A stretch of 63,157 nt of DNA, filler included, from Reticulomyxa filosa (GCA_000512085.1; 18 parts of 18 records of this genome joined end to end with filler, not necessarily neighbours in it); one strand, 5' to 3'. Positions 50,048-63,157 are shown, counted from the whole stretch's first letter. Notes: generated by a model from the letters alone, not told the origin. Numbers and translations are program-made.

Positions 50048-50562
50048 ACGTTTTGTTTTTTGGTTTTTTTCTTTTTGCATGATTCTCTTCTTTTTTTCGC
50101 CTATCTTGAAAAAAATATTTATTGAATGCATTTCACTGATTGTTTCTCAAGTTTGAATCTTATAAAATGTCTGCCTTGATTTCCTCATGTCTCAGCTACT
50201 AGCATTTGAAACGTGACACATTTTTACTCAACAATTTTCGTTGTTGGTGGAATCCATTTTGAATCAAAAATTATACACTCTAAAACGCGTTACCTCTTCC
50301 AACAATGAAAAATTATCAATAGTTTTCACTTTATGTTTTTCTTCTCCGAAAACAAACGGACTTGTCGATTGTAAATCAATGGTAAAAAATACAAAAGATC
50401 GGCACCTTTGTTGGACGATCAGAATTTGTTGTTTAGTATCCTGTTTGCATTGAATTTGGACTNNNNNNNNNNNNNNNNNNNNNNNNNNNNNNNNNNNNNN
50501 NNNNNNTTAATTAATTAANNNNNNNNNNNNNNNNNNNNNNNNNNNNNNNNNNNNNNNNNNNN

Positions 50563-52524
50563 AATAATATTGTGTCTCTTATGAATGTCTGCTGCACCAT
50601 TACAAAATGCCGATGATGTTGTATAATATATTATATGTTGAACATATGTATGTCAAATATCCGAGTTTCCTCGCCTTCAGGTTTGATGTTTGAATGCGTC
50701 TTATCAGCTGCAAGTAACATTATTCACATTCGAAAACTCCAATCATTGCATTGTCACTATTCTTTAACGTTTTATTGTGGATGTTATCAGGACCTTGTAT
50801 GGAGACAAATGTCTCATAGATGGATATCTCACACAAATAAAGTTATCACTCAATTCCAATGGTTTATTATCTCCTCCACCTTAAATCTGATATCATCTTC
50901 AATCATTTGATAATGTTTTTCATCAACTCTCTTATACATTATCAAATTTCTTGGTGTCCTTTGTACGAAATCTTTTTTTGATGCTTTTGTACTGGGAAGG
51001 CGTGAAGGTGTCAAACTACTCCACTCATCCCCAAAGTGCAAACAAAAGCAAATTGAAAAAGCACCTGGTCCAAATAGAATATTGCACTAAATAAAACAAA
51101 AGAAAAATACAATTATAAAACCAAACAACCAATTAGGCGTTTTTTGCAATAATTAAAAAATATCTTAAATAATTCTTCCAGTCCTTTTACAATTTTTGGG
51201 TTCCCATGTCTTGTTTCCAATCACCAAACTTATCAGGTTTGATACCAGAATGTCCTTTGATCCAACAAATCTCAGGAACACCACTTTATCCAAGTTCTTT
51301 GGCATTCTGCAATTGGGAAATTATAAGTTTCTGAGTTGCATTTGTTGTGAATCGCATTACAAATTTACAGTCAAAAAGAATTACTACTCCTTCATCTTTG
51401 TACTGGAATTGAACTTTTTCCAATGCTTGTTGGAGTGCTTCGATTTCACTGCCGATCATTGTTGTGATTCCTTTGATTGTGTGAGTCTGCTGCTACATTC
51501 CAGAATGCGTAAGCATTTGCCTAATAATTACTGTATACAATAAATTATACATGTCAAATAATCTCAGCAATAACTCCGATGTATTGTGCCAAGATTGGAA
51601 TCCTGCTTGGCATTAATGCAATAGCTTGTTTTTATTTAAATACCACATCAGTCTCATTGTAATGATTCTTTCCAACCAAAGAATCAATTAATGCTTGTCC
51701 ACCATTTTTGATCATTTGATTGTGAATATTATCTGATCCTTGATAAAATATACCTTAATGCCTCGATTATTTCTTCTTCAGTGATATCTATTTGATAATA
51801 TTCATCACATAATGGATAACAACTCATTTCTTCATCTCTGTCCATTTCAATTACTGACTTAACTCTTCAGAATAGCTTGGTTATTGGTTGAGAAAACCAC
51901 GATACCAACATTTCCGCCTTATCTTTGTCTGTCTTTGCAATATTTCCTGTTGTTGATTCTACCAATGCAGGGATAACTGAAATCTTGTTTAAGTTCATCG
52001 ATTTGAATTGAGAAAATAAATATCTTGTCAATTAAATATTCTTGTTTCCTGTCTCAATTTTTTTTTTAGTTGCATTGTATTTCTTGTAATTTGTTTCAGT
52101 TCTGCATTTTCTATACTTCCTTTTCAATCGATGGACTTGCTTTCTTTTTCTGTGAAGTGAATCACTCCAATGCTTATTCCCTTCCCAAATAATCCTTGTT
52201 CCAATGCTTCGTTTTGCTGGTTCCACCACATCGGTCCAAGAATCAACAGCGCAATCCAATAACTGTTTATCACCTTGATTCCACAATTGCAAGTTCTTTT
52301 TCCATTCATCCATTTCAACAAGAATTTGTCGATACAAGTCCCTCCTTAAATCCCACTTGAGTTCATTATTTGTAAATTGTTGTTAATGATAAAATCCATT
52401 ACTGATTTACCAATATCGTCAATATCTTTATCAAACCATGCAGAATAATGTGCATTACAATCTCCACCAATTACAATAAATCTGTTTTTTTTTTAGCGTA
52501 ATGCAATACGTTACAAAAAAGTAA
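50563..52524 (-). mobile_element. Degenerate non-LTR (LINE-like) retrotransposon, APE-linker-RT fragments
   Basis: VGGDCNAH (APE GDFNAH), VIPALVES..KAEMLVSWF, GSDNIHNQMIKNGG, QAGFQSWH, plus a second copy segment VDEKHYQ..MRHLSPYK. Same family as 32848-33847. Confidence 0.8.
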
Positions 52525-52624
52525 NNNNNNNNNNNNNNNNNNNNNNNNNNNNNNNNNNNNNNNNNNNNTTAATTAATTAANNNNNNNNNNNNNNNNNNNN
52601 NNNNNNNNNNNNNNNNNNNNNNNN

Positions 52625-53664
52625 TTCCAATAATCTCCAATTTAATGTGTGATTTCTGTATGTACAGATTTGAAATAGAAAATGATATCCCAGCGAAGAA
52701 GTTAGATATTATTAATAATTTATTCATGGCATAGTCGGCATATAATACGTATTCCGTTGTTGACTATGTTTGGCCGAATTGTAGGCATTGAGAGTCTTTT
52801 CTCAGTTGAAGATGATATTGGCACTGTTTATTAGCCACATGACCACCACCACCCCCCTCCAATTATAGTGTGCTCGAATTGTCTTCTCTTCAAATCGTGG
52901 TTGGAGAACAATCAAACACCGGTCATGACTAGTCAATTTGTGAATACATCTTCCAATTTATTAATGCCGCTGTTGTCAAGTCTGGAAATAGGTTCGATTA
53001 CATGCACATTTCATAACGTCCAGAAAATATAAACATCCGGATCGCGCAAATTCGCATATTTCTCTATTGTCATATGTCAACAATTACACTATCGACCTTA
53101 AAAGATAGCCATTCCGCAAGTGACCATAGTAGATAGCAAATGTAACGTGCTCTATTTGAAGGTATATATTATTTGTATCATATTTTCAGCTGTTGTAATA
53201 ATGTAATCAAAACAACGTTAGTGTGGATTTTTTCATTGGAGAATGATGTACTCCAGGTTTGTAGTGAAGACAAGATAAAGATGGAGATTGAAAAGAATAA
53301 AAAGAAGAAAAAAAAAATGATTAACTTAAAGGAAAGGAGAAAAGAAAAAAATAGAATCAAAAACGTCGACTAATGTTATTGTTGACATATGCATTATGCC
53401 AATAAATATAAAAGTGGTGATAATTTGATTGATAGAATGATATAATGTAGACGAAGATGATCAACACAATGCAATCCATAAATGACGCTGACATGCATGT
53501 TCACCAAATAGTACGAATGACATTATTGAAACCAAGCGCAAATGATAATGATATGTTATTTGCTTTCAATCTCACAGCATAGTGTCATGCAATGTCTTCA
53601 TTCGATGCGCTCCAACTCATCAATGAACAGAATTTGACCAAATATCGATCATCGCCCTGTATAT
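52625..53664 (-). mobile_element. Highly decayed LINE-like fragments
   Basis: Only short motifs remain: LSPLLYLL (RT, ~53410-53430), PDVYIF and GGGGHVA (APE-like). Confidence 0.35.
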
Positions 53665-53892
53665 NNNNNNNNNNNNNNNNNNNNNNNNNNNNNNNNNNNN
53701 NNNNNNNNTTAATTAATTAANNNNNNNNNNNNNNNNNNNNNNNNNNNNNNNNNNNNNNNNNNNNTGGAACGGTTAATTACGATTTTATTGTTTTTATTCC
53801 CCCCTCCCCCCCTTGTCTCCACTCATCCTTCTTCAAGGATTAAAAAAAAAAAAAAAACGAAAAAAATTAATTGGGGTTATATTTGTGAACAG

Positions 53893-54414
53893 AACCGAAT
53901 AATCTGCCTTGAGTGTGGTCCCAAATATGATTTCGTTTGTCAGGAACACTGTAAGATTTCTGAAAACGATAATTTGTTGACCTCAGGTCTTTTTAAATGG
54001 ATTGGATATGCTAGTATTAGTGCTGGTGGACATTTCCTAAAGAAATATGCTTCGTCAGAAAATATTAACAAGATATTTAACTTTATTCCCATTAAAAGTT
54101 TGTCTACCAGCTTAGGAGCAGCAATTTCTGCCCATATGTTCTTGACAGGTGCTACTACTGTTGCTGCCATTGCGGCAGTTGTCGCTGGTGCATACTACTA
54201 CAACTCAGAAAATAATGTCCCCGTTTGCAACAAGTGTGGTCACGCTTTGTCTCAGCATCTAATCACTCGCGAACGTATTGTTGTTAGAAAAAAGACTGTC
54301 AAACTTGTTAACGAACATGACACTAGGTCCAAACAACAGCTCGGTGATGACATTGCAGATGTAATTGAAAATGAAATTCAAAAAACCAAAGCAAATATTA
54401 GAACAGTTTTATAA
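53893..54414 (+). CDS. Hypothetical protein last exon with Cys/His knuckles and a hydrophobic segment, 5' partial
   Basis: ICLEC..VCQEHC, hydrophobic GATTVAAIAAVVAGAYYY, VCNKCGHALSQH, C-terminal coiled coil. Confidence 0.55.
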   Translation, partial: NRIICLECGPKYDFVCQEHCKISENDNLLTSGLFKWIGYASISAGGHFLKKYASSENINKIFNFIPIKSLSTSLGAAISAHMFLTGATTVAAIAAVVAGAYYYNSENNVPVCNKCGHALSQHLITRERIVVRKKTVKLVNEHDTRSKQQLGDDIADVIENEIQKTKANIRTVL

Positions 54415-55514
54415 ATAAACCACTTTAAATGAAGGTTTACTATGCTTACGTGTTTGTGTGGTTTGAAAGACATTGGTCCTTTTGATTGATTTTCAGCAAA
54501 GTTTACCAATAATACTACTTTCAAAAAACTAACTCGTTCTTTTTTTTTATGATTTTTGTAATATTCACGCATGTAAGAGGGTAATATTATGCTGTGATTA
54601 ATAATTGCTCAATGTGTAATGCTGTTTTACACTGTAACAATGCTTGATCAGAAACAATTAATTTCAGAACTGTGAAATAGAATATAAATACGCTTTCTGT
54701 TGATTATTAATTAAAATATAATTGTGAAAGTGCGCCTTAAAAATTCAAAAAATAAGTGAAAAGAAAAAAATAAAACAAATGAGACAGCAGATTAAAAAGA
54801 AAGCAGGTTTACGATCTCATACAAATAAATTAGCAAGAGTTATTGAAATCATTCTTTCGCAAAAACATATCGATAAAAGATTGTTAACGTTGAAAAGAAT
54901 TCACTTCATTTTTTGTGCATTAGTTCATGTTAATCTGTACAATTTTAATGAACATAAAAAATATTACATTGAATTTTATAAGTAAAATCATATAATATAA
55001 TTAACTAATTAGATCTCTTTGAAGTTTGTTTTTTTCAGAGTCTAGAAAGTGTAATTGTTAAAAATGATTACAAGCTGAAATGTTAACAACAGTTATAATA
55101 CAATTGAAAATAAAATTATATTTGCAACGAGTATCACAGGAAATCTTCTTGGATATCAAAAAAATGCATATTATTGCATTGAAAAGTAATCTGTGAGAAT
55201 AAAAGTGCTTTTGAGATTTAAATTTAAATTTCCAAAGTGAATATTCCATTCACACTTTATATTTATTAGTCAACAATTCAAATTTTCTTCAACTTTAATA
55301 CCAATTTGATTGATCGTTTTCCTGCAATTAGATTATTTAGATTAATTTTAATTCTATTCATTGCACGAAAATTATTTAAATTTCCTCAAAAAAACGCAAT
55401 GAAACGATCATTGANNNNNNNNNNNNNNNNNNNNNNNNNNNNNNNNNNNNNNNNNNNNTTAATTAATTAANNNNNNNNNNNNNNNNNNNNNNNNNNNNNN
55501 NNNNNNNNNNNNNN

Positions 55515-56304
55515 CAATCCAGATGTTATTGAATATGGTTATTATCTTTCACATGTATTGAATCACCACTTGCACAAATAGAATGTTCAGAATTGTAAAA
55601 CATTGCTTTGACAATTGATGTAATTGTTGATCTTTTACAATCAGGACAATTCAATAATGTCTTACCCGATACAAAGATAATGCTATCAAAGCCAAGATTA
55701 ACCCATACAAGTAATTTTCCTTTTGATACAAGACAATTTTCATTTGTACAATATCCCTGCAAACTAATTCCTGGCTTCGTTTCCTCAATTTCTGTTTTTT
55801 CCTTCCCTTTTTCTAAATGTTTGGCCTTGTTTGATTCACTTATTTGAACTTCACTGCCAATTATCTCATTTTTCCAAATTTAATAACTGTTTATTTTAAT
55901 TTAAAAAACCTAATAAAACAGACATAATAGTAATGAAAGACGAACATATCCTTACCTGTTCCATATTTTTTAAATCATCAGCCTTGGCCTCTGATTCTGA
56001 GTATTCCTTGAAAATTATTAAAAAAATGAACAACAAGATGAAAATAGAGAAAAATAAAATTTAATTGTTTTCATACCTCGTTCCCAGCCAATTGTCGGAC
56101 AATATCCTTAATAACCAACTCAATGTTTCCATTGTGTAGTTCAATTTGACGCTGTAATTCTTCCTTGTTAATTACTTCACTAAATAAGCGTGCCAATATT
56201 TTTATTTCCTTTGCATGTTTCTGATTTTTGCCTGTAACACTATTACCTTGCATGCTCCCACGAAGTGTCTCATTAGGAAAGCAAAAAGCGCACGTATTTT
56301 GCAT
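55515..56304 (-). CDS. Uncharacterised Cys-rich domain protein (PGISLQGYCTNENC..CPDC family), multi-exon, possibly pseudogene
   Basis: EIKILARLF..HNGNIELVIKDIV (CUE/UBA-like), then KPGISLQGYCTNENCLVSKGKLLVWVNLGF..LNCPDC..AMFYNSEHSI. Confidence 0.6.
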
Positions 56305-56882
56305 ACTTCTACTTGCTCCTATAAGCGTTGCGTTTGCCGTACAGGTTCAGTCGTGACGGACAATTGTCAAACTTTGGCTTCACTTTTTCTTTCGAGTTTC
56401 AACAAATGAAAGAAAAAGAGATTGCACTTGATATGAGTTGAATCCAAAACGATTTAAAGATGATAAAGTGCCCCTATGACCTTAAAAAAGTTTCAAAAAC
56501 TTTTTTTACGACCAAAATAACAAGCTCAAAAATGCTTGTTTGCTTTGTCATTTCTTGTTTTATTCTTCTCTGGACAACAAGTTTTCAAAGTTATTTTTGG
56601 AAATATATTGGAGGAAGGATATAATCGCTACAAATGCCCTTCGTTATCCTTTGAACTTGTTCAAACGTACTCTTGTTTAACAAGCAAAACAAGGAAAGTG
56701 TTAAATCAAAAGGGGTTCTGTTTGTTGTTTGCCCTTCCATTATTTCGTCTAAAGTAAGGTTATTAAAGAGTGTTTTTGTAATTCATTGCTTGTGTTAATT
56801 TTTGACTTTTTATTTCAAATGCTAATAGTATTTTTGAATCATATAATATGTACGTACACACTAGCAGGCAAAAGAAAAGAAA

Positions 56883-57353
56883 ATGTCGGACGATCATGCA
56901 TTGGCAGCTGATGAAAAGGTAGTGTATACCAGTGCAGAGCGTGGTGGTGCTTACAATTGTCTTCGTACGTTATGGTGTGGTTGTTGCGAGCCATACCACG
57001 TAATAACAAATAAATGGGTAAAAGAAGACTATTGGAAGGGCTGTTCAACTTATACAGATAGCATGAGTATGGAAAGCATCAGTGACGTGAAGAGATTGCA
57101 AAGCTGTTGGTGTGTGCTTGGAAGCTGTTGTTGTTCATGTTGTATTTTCGACATGGCTGACGTTGTTGTGTATGGATCAGATGCTTCCACCAAAAGCAAA
57201 AATGGGTGGCGATTAAAAAATGTTGCAAACAGTGAAAGAGTTACTGACGATTTGACTAAAATATTGCAAGCAATCAATGCCGACTTCCGACAAAAAGGAA
57301 GAAACTTGGGAAAGAAATTGCAAGAAGTCAAAGATAAAGCTGATGTGGAGTAA
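56883..57353 (+). CDS. Small Cys-rich protein with a bacterial-PH-like (bPH_2/DUF304-like) domain, intronless
   Basis: Clean ATG-TAA ORF. Pattern Y.ITN..V....G.....DSM.M.SI.DV...QS..DVVVYGSDAS..W.LKNV.N...V...L. Confidence 0.65.
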   Translation: MSDDHALAADEKVVYTSAERGGAYNCLRTLWCGCCEPYHVITNKWVKEDYWKGCSTYTDSMSMESISDVKRLQSCWCVLGSCCCSCCIFDMADVVVYGSDASTKSKNGWRLKNVANSERVTDDLTKILQAINADFRQKGRNLGKKLQEVKDKADVE

Positions 57354-57934
57354 TTCGGCCATAATCAGAAAATTAAAGAAATTGTTGACGAAATAATTGT
57401 GGCTTTTTAAAAAAAAAAACTTTTGTATTTGTGTCAATTTTTTTTTCCCCCCATTTTTCAATATAACTTCAAAGTTAGGGGTGGAGATCACTTCACAAGA
57501 AAAAAAAATGTTTAGGTGTGTTACATAAGATTTGATATTGATGTAAAATCAACAACTCGTGCTTTTCTTTTTTAGTCTATTGTGTGGTAAGCACTGAAGG
57601 AAGGGGGCACATATGCACAAACTTTTTTTTCTTTTTTGCCTCCTGTTGAAACTAAAGGTGTGGAAAACTAAAGTATCATAAAAAATGCAAACATTCAATC
57701 AGCAAAAAAAGAAAACTTGTCTAAATTATCGAATTTACAAAACTATGGATAGGATAGGGTTTTCATTCAAAAAAATGTTGTTAATTAAGGAGAGTTTTTT
57801 TTGTAATTAAAGGTGTTGATAATAAGACTTCTGTCAGTGTTTATGAAAGATAATCTTTTTTTTTTGAGATAAAGGCGTGGCTCTTATTAGAGCAACAAAG
57901 TGAAGAGAGGGAAAAAAAAAAATACACAAGATAA

Positions 57935-58332
57935 TTATAAAATGACACATGATTTTTGTGGCAAAATGGGCTGATAATTACAAGACAACAAAGTAACTTG
58001 TTCTCCTCGACCCACCAGGGTAACGGCAACATTTAAAGGTGGCTCTAAATGTTTCCAAATGACTCCACAATCACCATTATTAAGTAAGAAAGATACATTG
58101 ACTTTTTCACTTTTGCGATTTAATTTTAACTTGACTTTGACAATATCTCCAGGTTTGAGAATGGGAATAACCTTTCTTTGCCTGTTCAAAACGCTGTGAG
58201 TTCTAGATTGCCGACGATGTCTATGTTCGTCATCCTCCAAGGCATTTGTTGCTCTCGCGCTTGTTTCTTCTTCTTTTCGTTCTGTGGACTCGCGTTTTGC
58301 CTCCTCTTTTAGCTCTTCTTTGCCTTCAATTA
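57935..58332 (-). CDS. SPRY-domain C-terminal fragment, 5' partial
   Basis: LKPGDIVKVKL..VSFLLNNGDCGVIWKHLEPPLNVAVTLVGRGEQVTLL. Confidence 0.6.
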
Positions 58333-58432
58333 NNNNNNNNNNNNNNNNNNNNNNNNNNNNNNNNNNNNNNNNNNNNTTAATTAATTAANNNNNNNNNNNN
58401 NNNNNNNNNNNNNNNNNNNNNNNNNNNNNNNN

Positions 58433-61428
58433 TCTATAATTACAACTTCTTCAGCATTGTTCAATGATTCCAATGGACAATCTTTTCACCGTATACTAAT
58501 TCATGAGGACTAACCTTTGACATTTTGTTAGGTGTCACATTGTAAGAAGCAACAATTGCTGGTAAGAATAAGGTCCAATCGCCATTGTTTGTAAAGTCCA
58601 AGTTCCGATCGACTGCTATTGTAACAAGCCTTTCTTTCACATATCGACGAAATCGTTCCAACATGCCGTTTGTTTGGGGGTGATGTGATGATGTTAACAA
58701 TTGTTTTACTCCCATTAACCTTGACATCAGATTCGCGATTTTTCCTTTAAATTGTGTTCCGTTATCTGACAAAATTGTTTCAGGAACACCATGACAATAA
58801 ATCCACTCGTTTGCAAAAGATAGTGTGATGTCTTTTGATGTGTTCGTCTTGAGAGACACTGCAGCAGCATAGCGTGTAAATCTGTCAATTATTGTTAAAT
58901 TATACTGATGACCTAGTTCTGTCTTTGGTAAGGGACCAACGATGTCCAATGCGACCATTTGGAAAGGTCTTGTTGCTTGGAAGTGTTGAATTTCGCCAGC
59001 ATTTGCATCACTCGATCCCTTAGACACTTGACACGTAAAACAATTTTTGCAAAAGCGTTTTACGTCATCAACTAATACTGGCCAATATAATCTTTCTTGA
59101 ATTGCAGCAGACATTCGATGTGCTCCCTAATGCTGTGCTAATGTGTGACAATGAAAATAAAGCATCAAGTCATTTTGAATTGATTTTGGGACAATTGGTT
59201 TGTCGTCATAAGCTAATATTCGCATTTTATTCAATCTGATTTTTTGTTGTTCTATAGCTTTCCTCCAATGTGATGATATTATTATGTTTGTGTTACTACA
59301 GCTTTCCTTGTTTCATGTAATAAAATTTTTTATGGTTGCAAGCGTCATATCTTTATACTGAGCTTTCTGGAATTTGTTCTTCTCGAATAATTCGTCATAA
59401 TCGTATAGTTCGTGATTCATAGTGAATGCTTTTTCGATTTGATCGACAATATCGCTATCTTCATGTGTGAAGCTTTTATTATTTACATTTTTATCATAGT
59501 GGGATCTTGTGACGACTACCAATTTCTCCACTTTCGTCAATAATGTTGGATTGCGTGATAGAAAATCTGCAATAATATTCTCGGTACCAGGAAAATAACG
59601 AGCTTCAAAAGAAAATTCGCTGAGCTGCAGTGCCCATCTGGAGAGCCTACTATTGACCTGTTTACCTGATAATGAAAATAACAAAGCTATATTTTTATGA
59701 TCAGTATATGCTATGAACTTCCTCAACAATAAGTAGTGCCTCCATTTTTGTACTGCGTAGACCAATGCGTACACTTCTTTTTCCGACGTATGCCAATTTA
59801 ATTGATGGCAATCGAATTGTTTAGAAATAAATTCGATATGCACGGCACCATTACACCATCATGATTTTGCAATAGTGCTGCACATATTGCTTCGTTAGAC
59901 GCATCACATTGCACGATGAATGACTCACACTGTCTAGGATGTTTTAACAATTTAGCATTCGCAACAGCTTTTTTCAATTTTCAAATGCTTCATCATGCAC
60001 TTCTGTCCATAATCATTGCGAATTTTTCCTACGTAATTTAGTCAATTCGATTGTTAATGCAGCAATATTCGGAATGAATTTCGCGATCCATTGTATCAAT
60101 CCCAACAATCGTTCCAATTGTTTCTTTGTTTTTTGGCTTTGGTACATTTAGCACCTTACTATGTAGCTAGGATTTGTTGATACTCCATTTGATGATATAA
60201 CATGACCGAGAAATATTATTTCTTTTTGAAAGAATTCACATTTCTCCATTGCCAATCGTAAGTTGTATTTGTCGAAATGTCGAAATATATCGCTTAATAT
60301 TTGTAAATGTTTTTCATTTGTATCAGTTGCGAGTAAAATATCATCGATATATACGTCCACATCTTCTAGATCACTAAAAATAGATGCCATAATGCGTTGG
60401 AATGTTGATGGTGCATTTGTGAAACCAAATCCCATTCTATTCCATTCATATAATCCGTTTAGGGTAATGAATGCAGTTTGTGCCTGTCATTTTCTCGAAT
60501 TGGTACATGCAAATATCCGATCGTAAATCTAATTTTGAGAATACCTGTTTGCTTGCCAACTTTTTTACGATATCATTTATGTTTGGTAATGGCCATTCAT
60601 CACGAATTGTGGCTTGGTTCAATTTCCGATGATCGACGTAGCGAGCCCCCTTTCTTTTTTACTAATAAGACAGTTGCTGCAAATTGAGAACAGCTTTTCC
60701 GTATTATTACTATATTTTTTAATTCATTGACTTGCCTTTTTACTTCTTCTTGATACATATTATTAAGTGGATATGGCTTGTGTTTGATAGGTTTTGTTCC
60801 AGGCTTCAATTTCAGTTTCATTTCGGCGTTTGGTATTTGTCCAATATCGAATGAATTCTTCGAGGCCAATCGCTGATTCTTGCTTATTAGCTGTTGTAGC
60901 AACTTTTTTATTTGTGGTTCAATATTGTTGTCAATGTTTGCATTAGACTCGACACTTGTACTTTGAATGATTGTTCCCAAATCCACATTGTTGCACTTCA
61001 TTTTCTCCTGTAGCTCCTCAGCATCACTATGTGGCTCTAAAGCTGGTGTTGATTGTTCATTATTCCGTTTCTCTTTGTCCTTGACAATGTTTGCATCATT
61101 ATCATCTATTGATTCACTACTAGCGATAGACTCCAAATCCTGACCTTCCAATATTTCATCCGATTGTACGTGATCAAATTTTTCATGCTCCAACATCAAT
61201 GCATAGACTAGTCGACGTAATGCTTCTAGATAGAATAAAGTTATGAGGCAGATTTGGCACTACATAGAAATTTTCCTTGAACATTGGTATGGATTTGTTA
61301 TTGACGTCATTTAGATTCAATTTTATTTTTTCTTGCAGTGTGATTGACCATCCTGCATGCGCCACAATGAACGCACGCGCATCCTTCGTTACTAAATGCT
61401 TGTATTTACGGGCAATAGAGTCGATCAA
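58433..61428 (-). mobile_element. Ty3/gypsy LTR-retrotransposon pol, degenerate (PR-RT-RNaseH-IN)
   Basis: FYVVPNLPHNFIL (protease end), PIKHKPY..LLVKKKGGSLR, FGFTNAPSTFQR..YIDD, EKEVYALVYAVQKWRHYL..TDHK..NIIADFLSR, integrase HHCC and LDIVGPL/SDNGTQF/NGMLER. Many frameshifts and stops. No LTRs in the contig. Confidence 0.93.
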
Positions 61429-61528
61429 NNNNNNNNNNNNNNNNNNNNNNNNNNNNNNNNNNNNNNNNNNNNTTAATTAATTAANNNNNNNNNNNNNNNN
61501 NNNNNNNNNNNNNNNNNNNNNNNNNNNN

Positions 61529-61696
61529 ACAATTGCATCATGTTCAGATGATAGAACAATTCGATTGTGGAACATAGAATCAGGAAAGGAAATACAAAAG
61601 TTGACAGGTCATCATCGTATTAATTGCATAGATGTTTCTCAAAACGGTAACAAAATAGTGAGTGCTTTTCGTAAAATTGAAATTTGGGGCATATAA
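61529..61696 (+). pseudogene. WD40 C-terminal fragment
   Basis: IASCSDDRTIRLWNIESGKEIQKLTGH..IEIWGI*. Confidence 0.7.
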
Positions 61697-61869
61697 ATTT
61701 CATGCAAAGATTTTTTATGATTTCCTTCAATAATTAAAAATGACATTTTTAAACATTAATAGAAATTGATTTGTTGATATCACAAACTCAATTAAGCAAG
61801 GTTTATTTTGTATTTTAGCAACTTTACAAAAAGAAAGAGTATTTATTTGATAAAAAAATTTTTAAAATT

Positions 61870-62400
61870 TATTCATATGAGTTTATCCACAAACACTAAT
61901 GAACCATAATATAAATTAACATTACAGTCTCCATTTGTTTTTTAATGATACAAATTTAAGACACGATATTTCATATCCGTCATCTCTGTTAATCACAACA
62001 ATTCTTATTTGATCGAATATCCCAAAAACGAATTGTATATTCATTACCACTAACACACCAATACTATTACTTTCATAAAATATCCACACATATTTCCATT
62101 AAAAGCATGTAATTATTTTGATGTTTCAACATCACATAAACTCATTGTTTCATCACTAGATCCAGAACACAAATATCGACCACCATTAAATGACGAAAAT
62201 TCAATTACACCAATTCAGCCATTATGTCCATTGAATTTTGCAAAATCTCAAAAGCGAATAGTTTTGTCATATGACGAAAACAAATGGCGTTTTGACTATT
62301 GTCATAATGATAATATCGTGAAAACTTCACACAATATACATAATCCGAATATCCATTAAATGATTGAATCTGTTGGCCCATATATGTATTCTGCATTTCC
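61870..62400 (-). pseudogene. WD40-family pseudogene (paralogue of 37495-38779)
   Basis: QSFNGYSDYVYCVKFS, IEFSSFNGGRYLCSGSSDETM, TIRFWDIRSNK and YGSLV, with frameshifts and deletions. Confidence 0.75.
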
Positions 62401-62635
62401 AAAATACTCCTTCTAAACACACTAATTTGCTATTTTTGCAATCAAACTGATGAACATAAGAGCGTGTAAAATAAAACAACTTGATCAATTGTTTCATTAA
62501 TCTTTGAAATAATTAATAAATTAATTCCAGTTAAATTCAATTTTTGCAATAATATTTGTTATTTGCAGTCATAGCACGTTTTTATAACAATTAAATAATA
62601 ACAATCAATTGCTCACCAGATTGAAGTAAAGACTG

Positions 62636-63157
62636 AAGAACATTGTCTACAATTATTTCTTAAAAACAATAACAACTCTTGTCCAATTCAATCACGTGAC
62701 ATTAAATATGATTTTAAGGGAAAATTAAAAGATTTAAATAATCATTTAATCAAACAGGAATTTAAAGACATCAAATGGTCGAATCTGAAAAATGTTTTTA
62801 AAAAAAGCTGATTTTAAAATTTTCAATTATATTCAATTCATTCCGTATATACTTTGGGTAATTGACTTTTGAACTTGAAAAGGGTTTTGAAAGTGAACTT
62901 CAAATAAAGTTTTTATTTTAGAAGTAAGACTAATGTTGCTAATTGAAGCAGAAACAAGAGAAGAAAAAGAAGGAAACAAAGAAAAGAAAACACAAATCTT
63001 TTCTTTTTCTAAGTGTTACAGTAAAGCTTGGATTTCCTTAACAAATGAATCACAAAGATTGGACACGTTAATTTGCTGCATTTGTAATCAAATTGCAAAT
63101 AATGCAATGGAATTGCATTGTGATGAACATGAAAATGCAGATCAAGTTTATTTGGTT
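62636..63157 (+). pseudogene. Two fragments of a TRAF/RING-like family (62636-62755 and 62933-63157, the second truncated by the window end)
   Basis: EHCLQLFLKNNNNSCPIQ..DFKGKLKDLNNHL and CYSKAWISLTNE..LICCICNQIANNAMELHCDEHE (degenerate RING-like N-terminus). Confidence 0.55.

Noticed and set aside
29416-59140. In-frame TAA/TAG/TGA in conserved-looking frames suggesting a variant genetic code
   Set aside because: They occur only in elements that also carry frameshifts, while intact genes end normally in TAA or TAG and lack internal stops.
23659-61528. Regularly recurring TTAATTAATTAA flanked by Ns, superficially a repeat array
   Set aside because: Identical 100-bp six-frame-stop linkers added during contig concatenation. 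Not biological and not a CRISPR array.

Overview
AT-rich, intron-containing eukaryotic (protist) genomic DNA. It is not one locus: 18 contigs are joined by 17 artificial 100-bp linkers (N44-TTAATTAATTAA-N44), so adjacency only counts within a contig. The gene families (expanded WD40 and Kelch-like propellers carrying an 'IIQHWIRxLxIKLGWIxDF' motif, TRAF/RING-like fragments, SAM tails, many pseudogenes) resemble the foraminiferan Reticulomyxa filosa. That is my recognition, not a database match. Contig 1 (1-23658) is gene-dense: DNA polymerase kappa, a Wee1/Myt1 kinase, an atypical HLDLSLEN kinase, Tudor-SN, a SPRY-like gene, histone H2B with a 3' stem-loop, an intron-containing PhlG (DAPG hydrolase)-like gene and a SPRY-SAM gene. 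The smaller contigs hold WD40/Kelch genes and pseudogenes, an F-box protein, AP-4 mu, a RAD5/HLTF-type SNF2-RING helicase, decayed LINE-like elements and a decayed Ty3/gypsy pol. The three best leads are (1) a ~34-codon phase-0 exon encoding an unnamed helical 'box' reused at the N-terminus of WD40 and the C-terminus of Kelch proteins, a candidate lineage-specific ubiquitin-ligase adaptor module; (2) a bacterial-type PhlG antibiotic hydrolase that has acquired introns; (3) a replication-dependent-type histone stem-loop after H2B.
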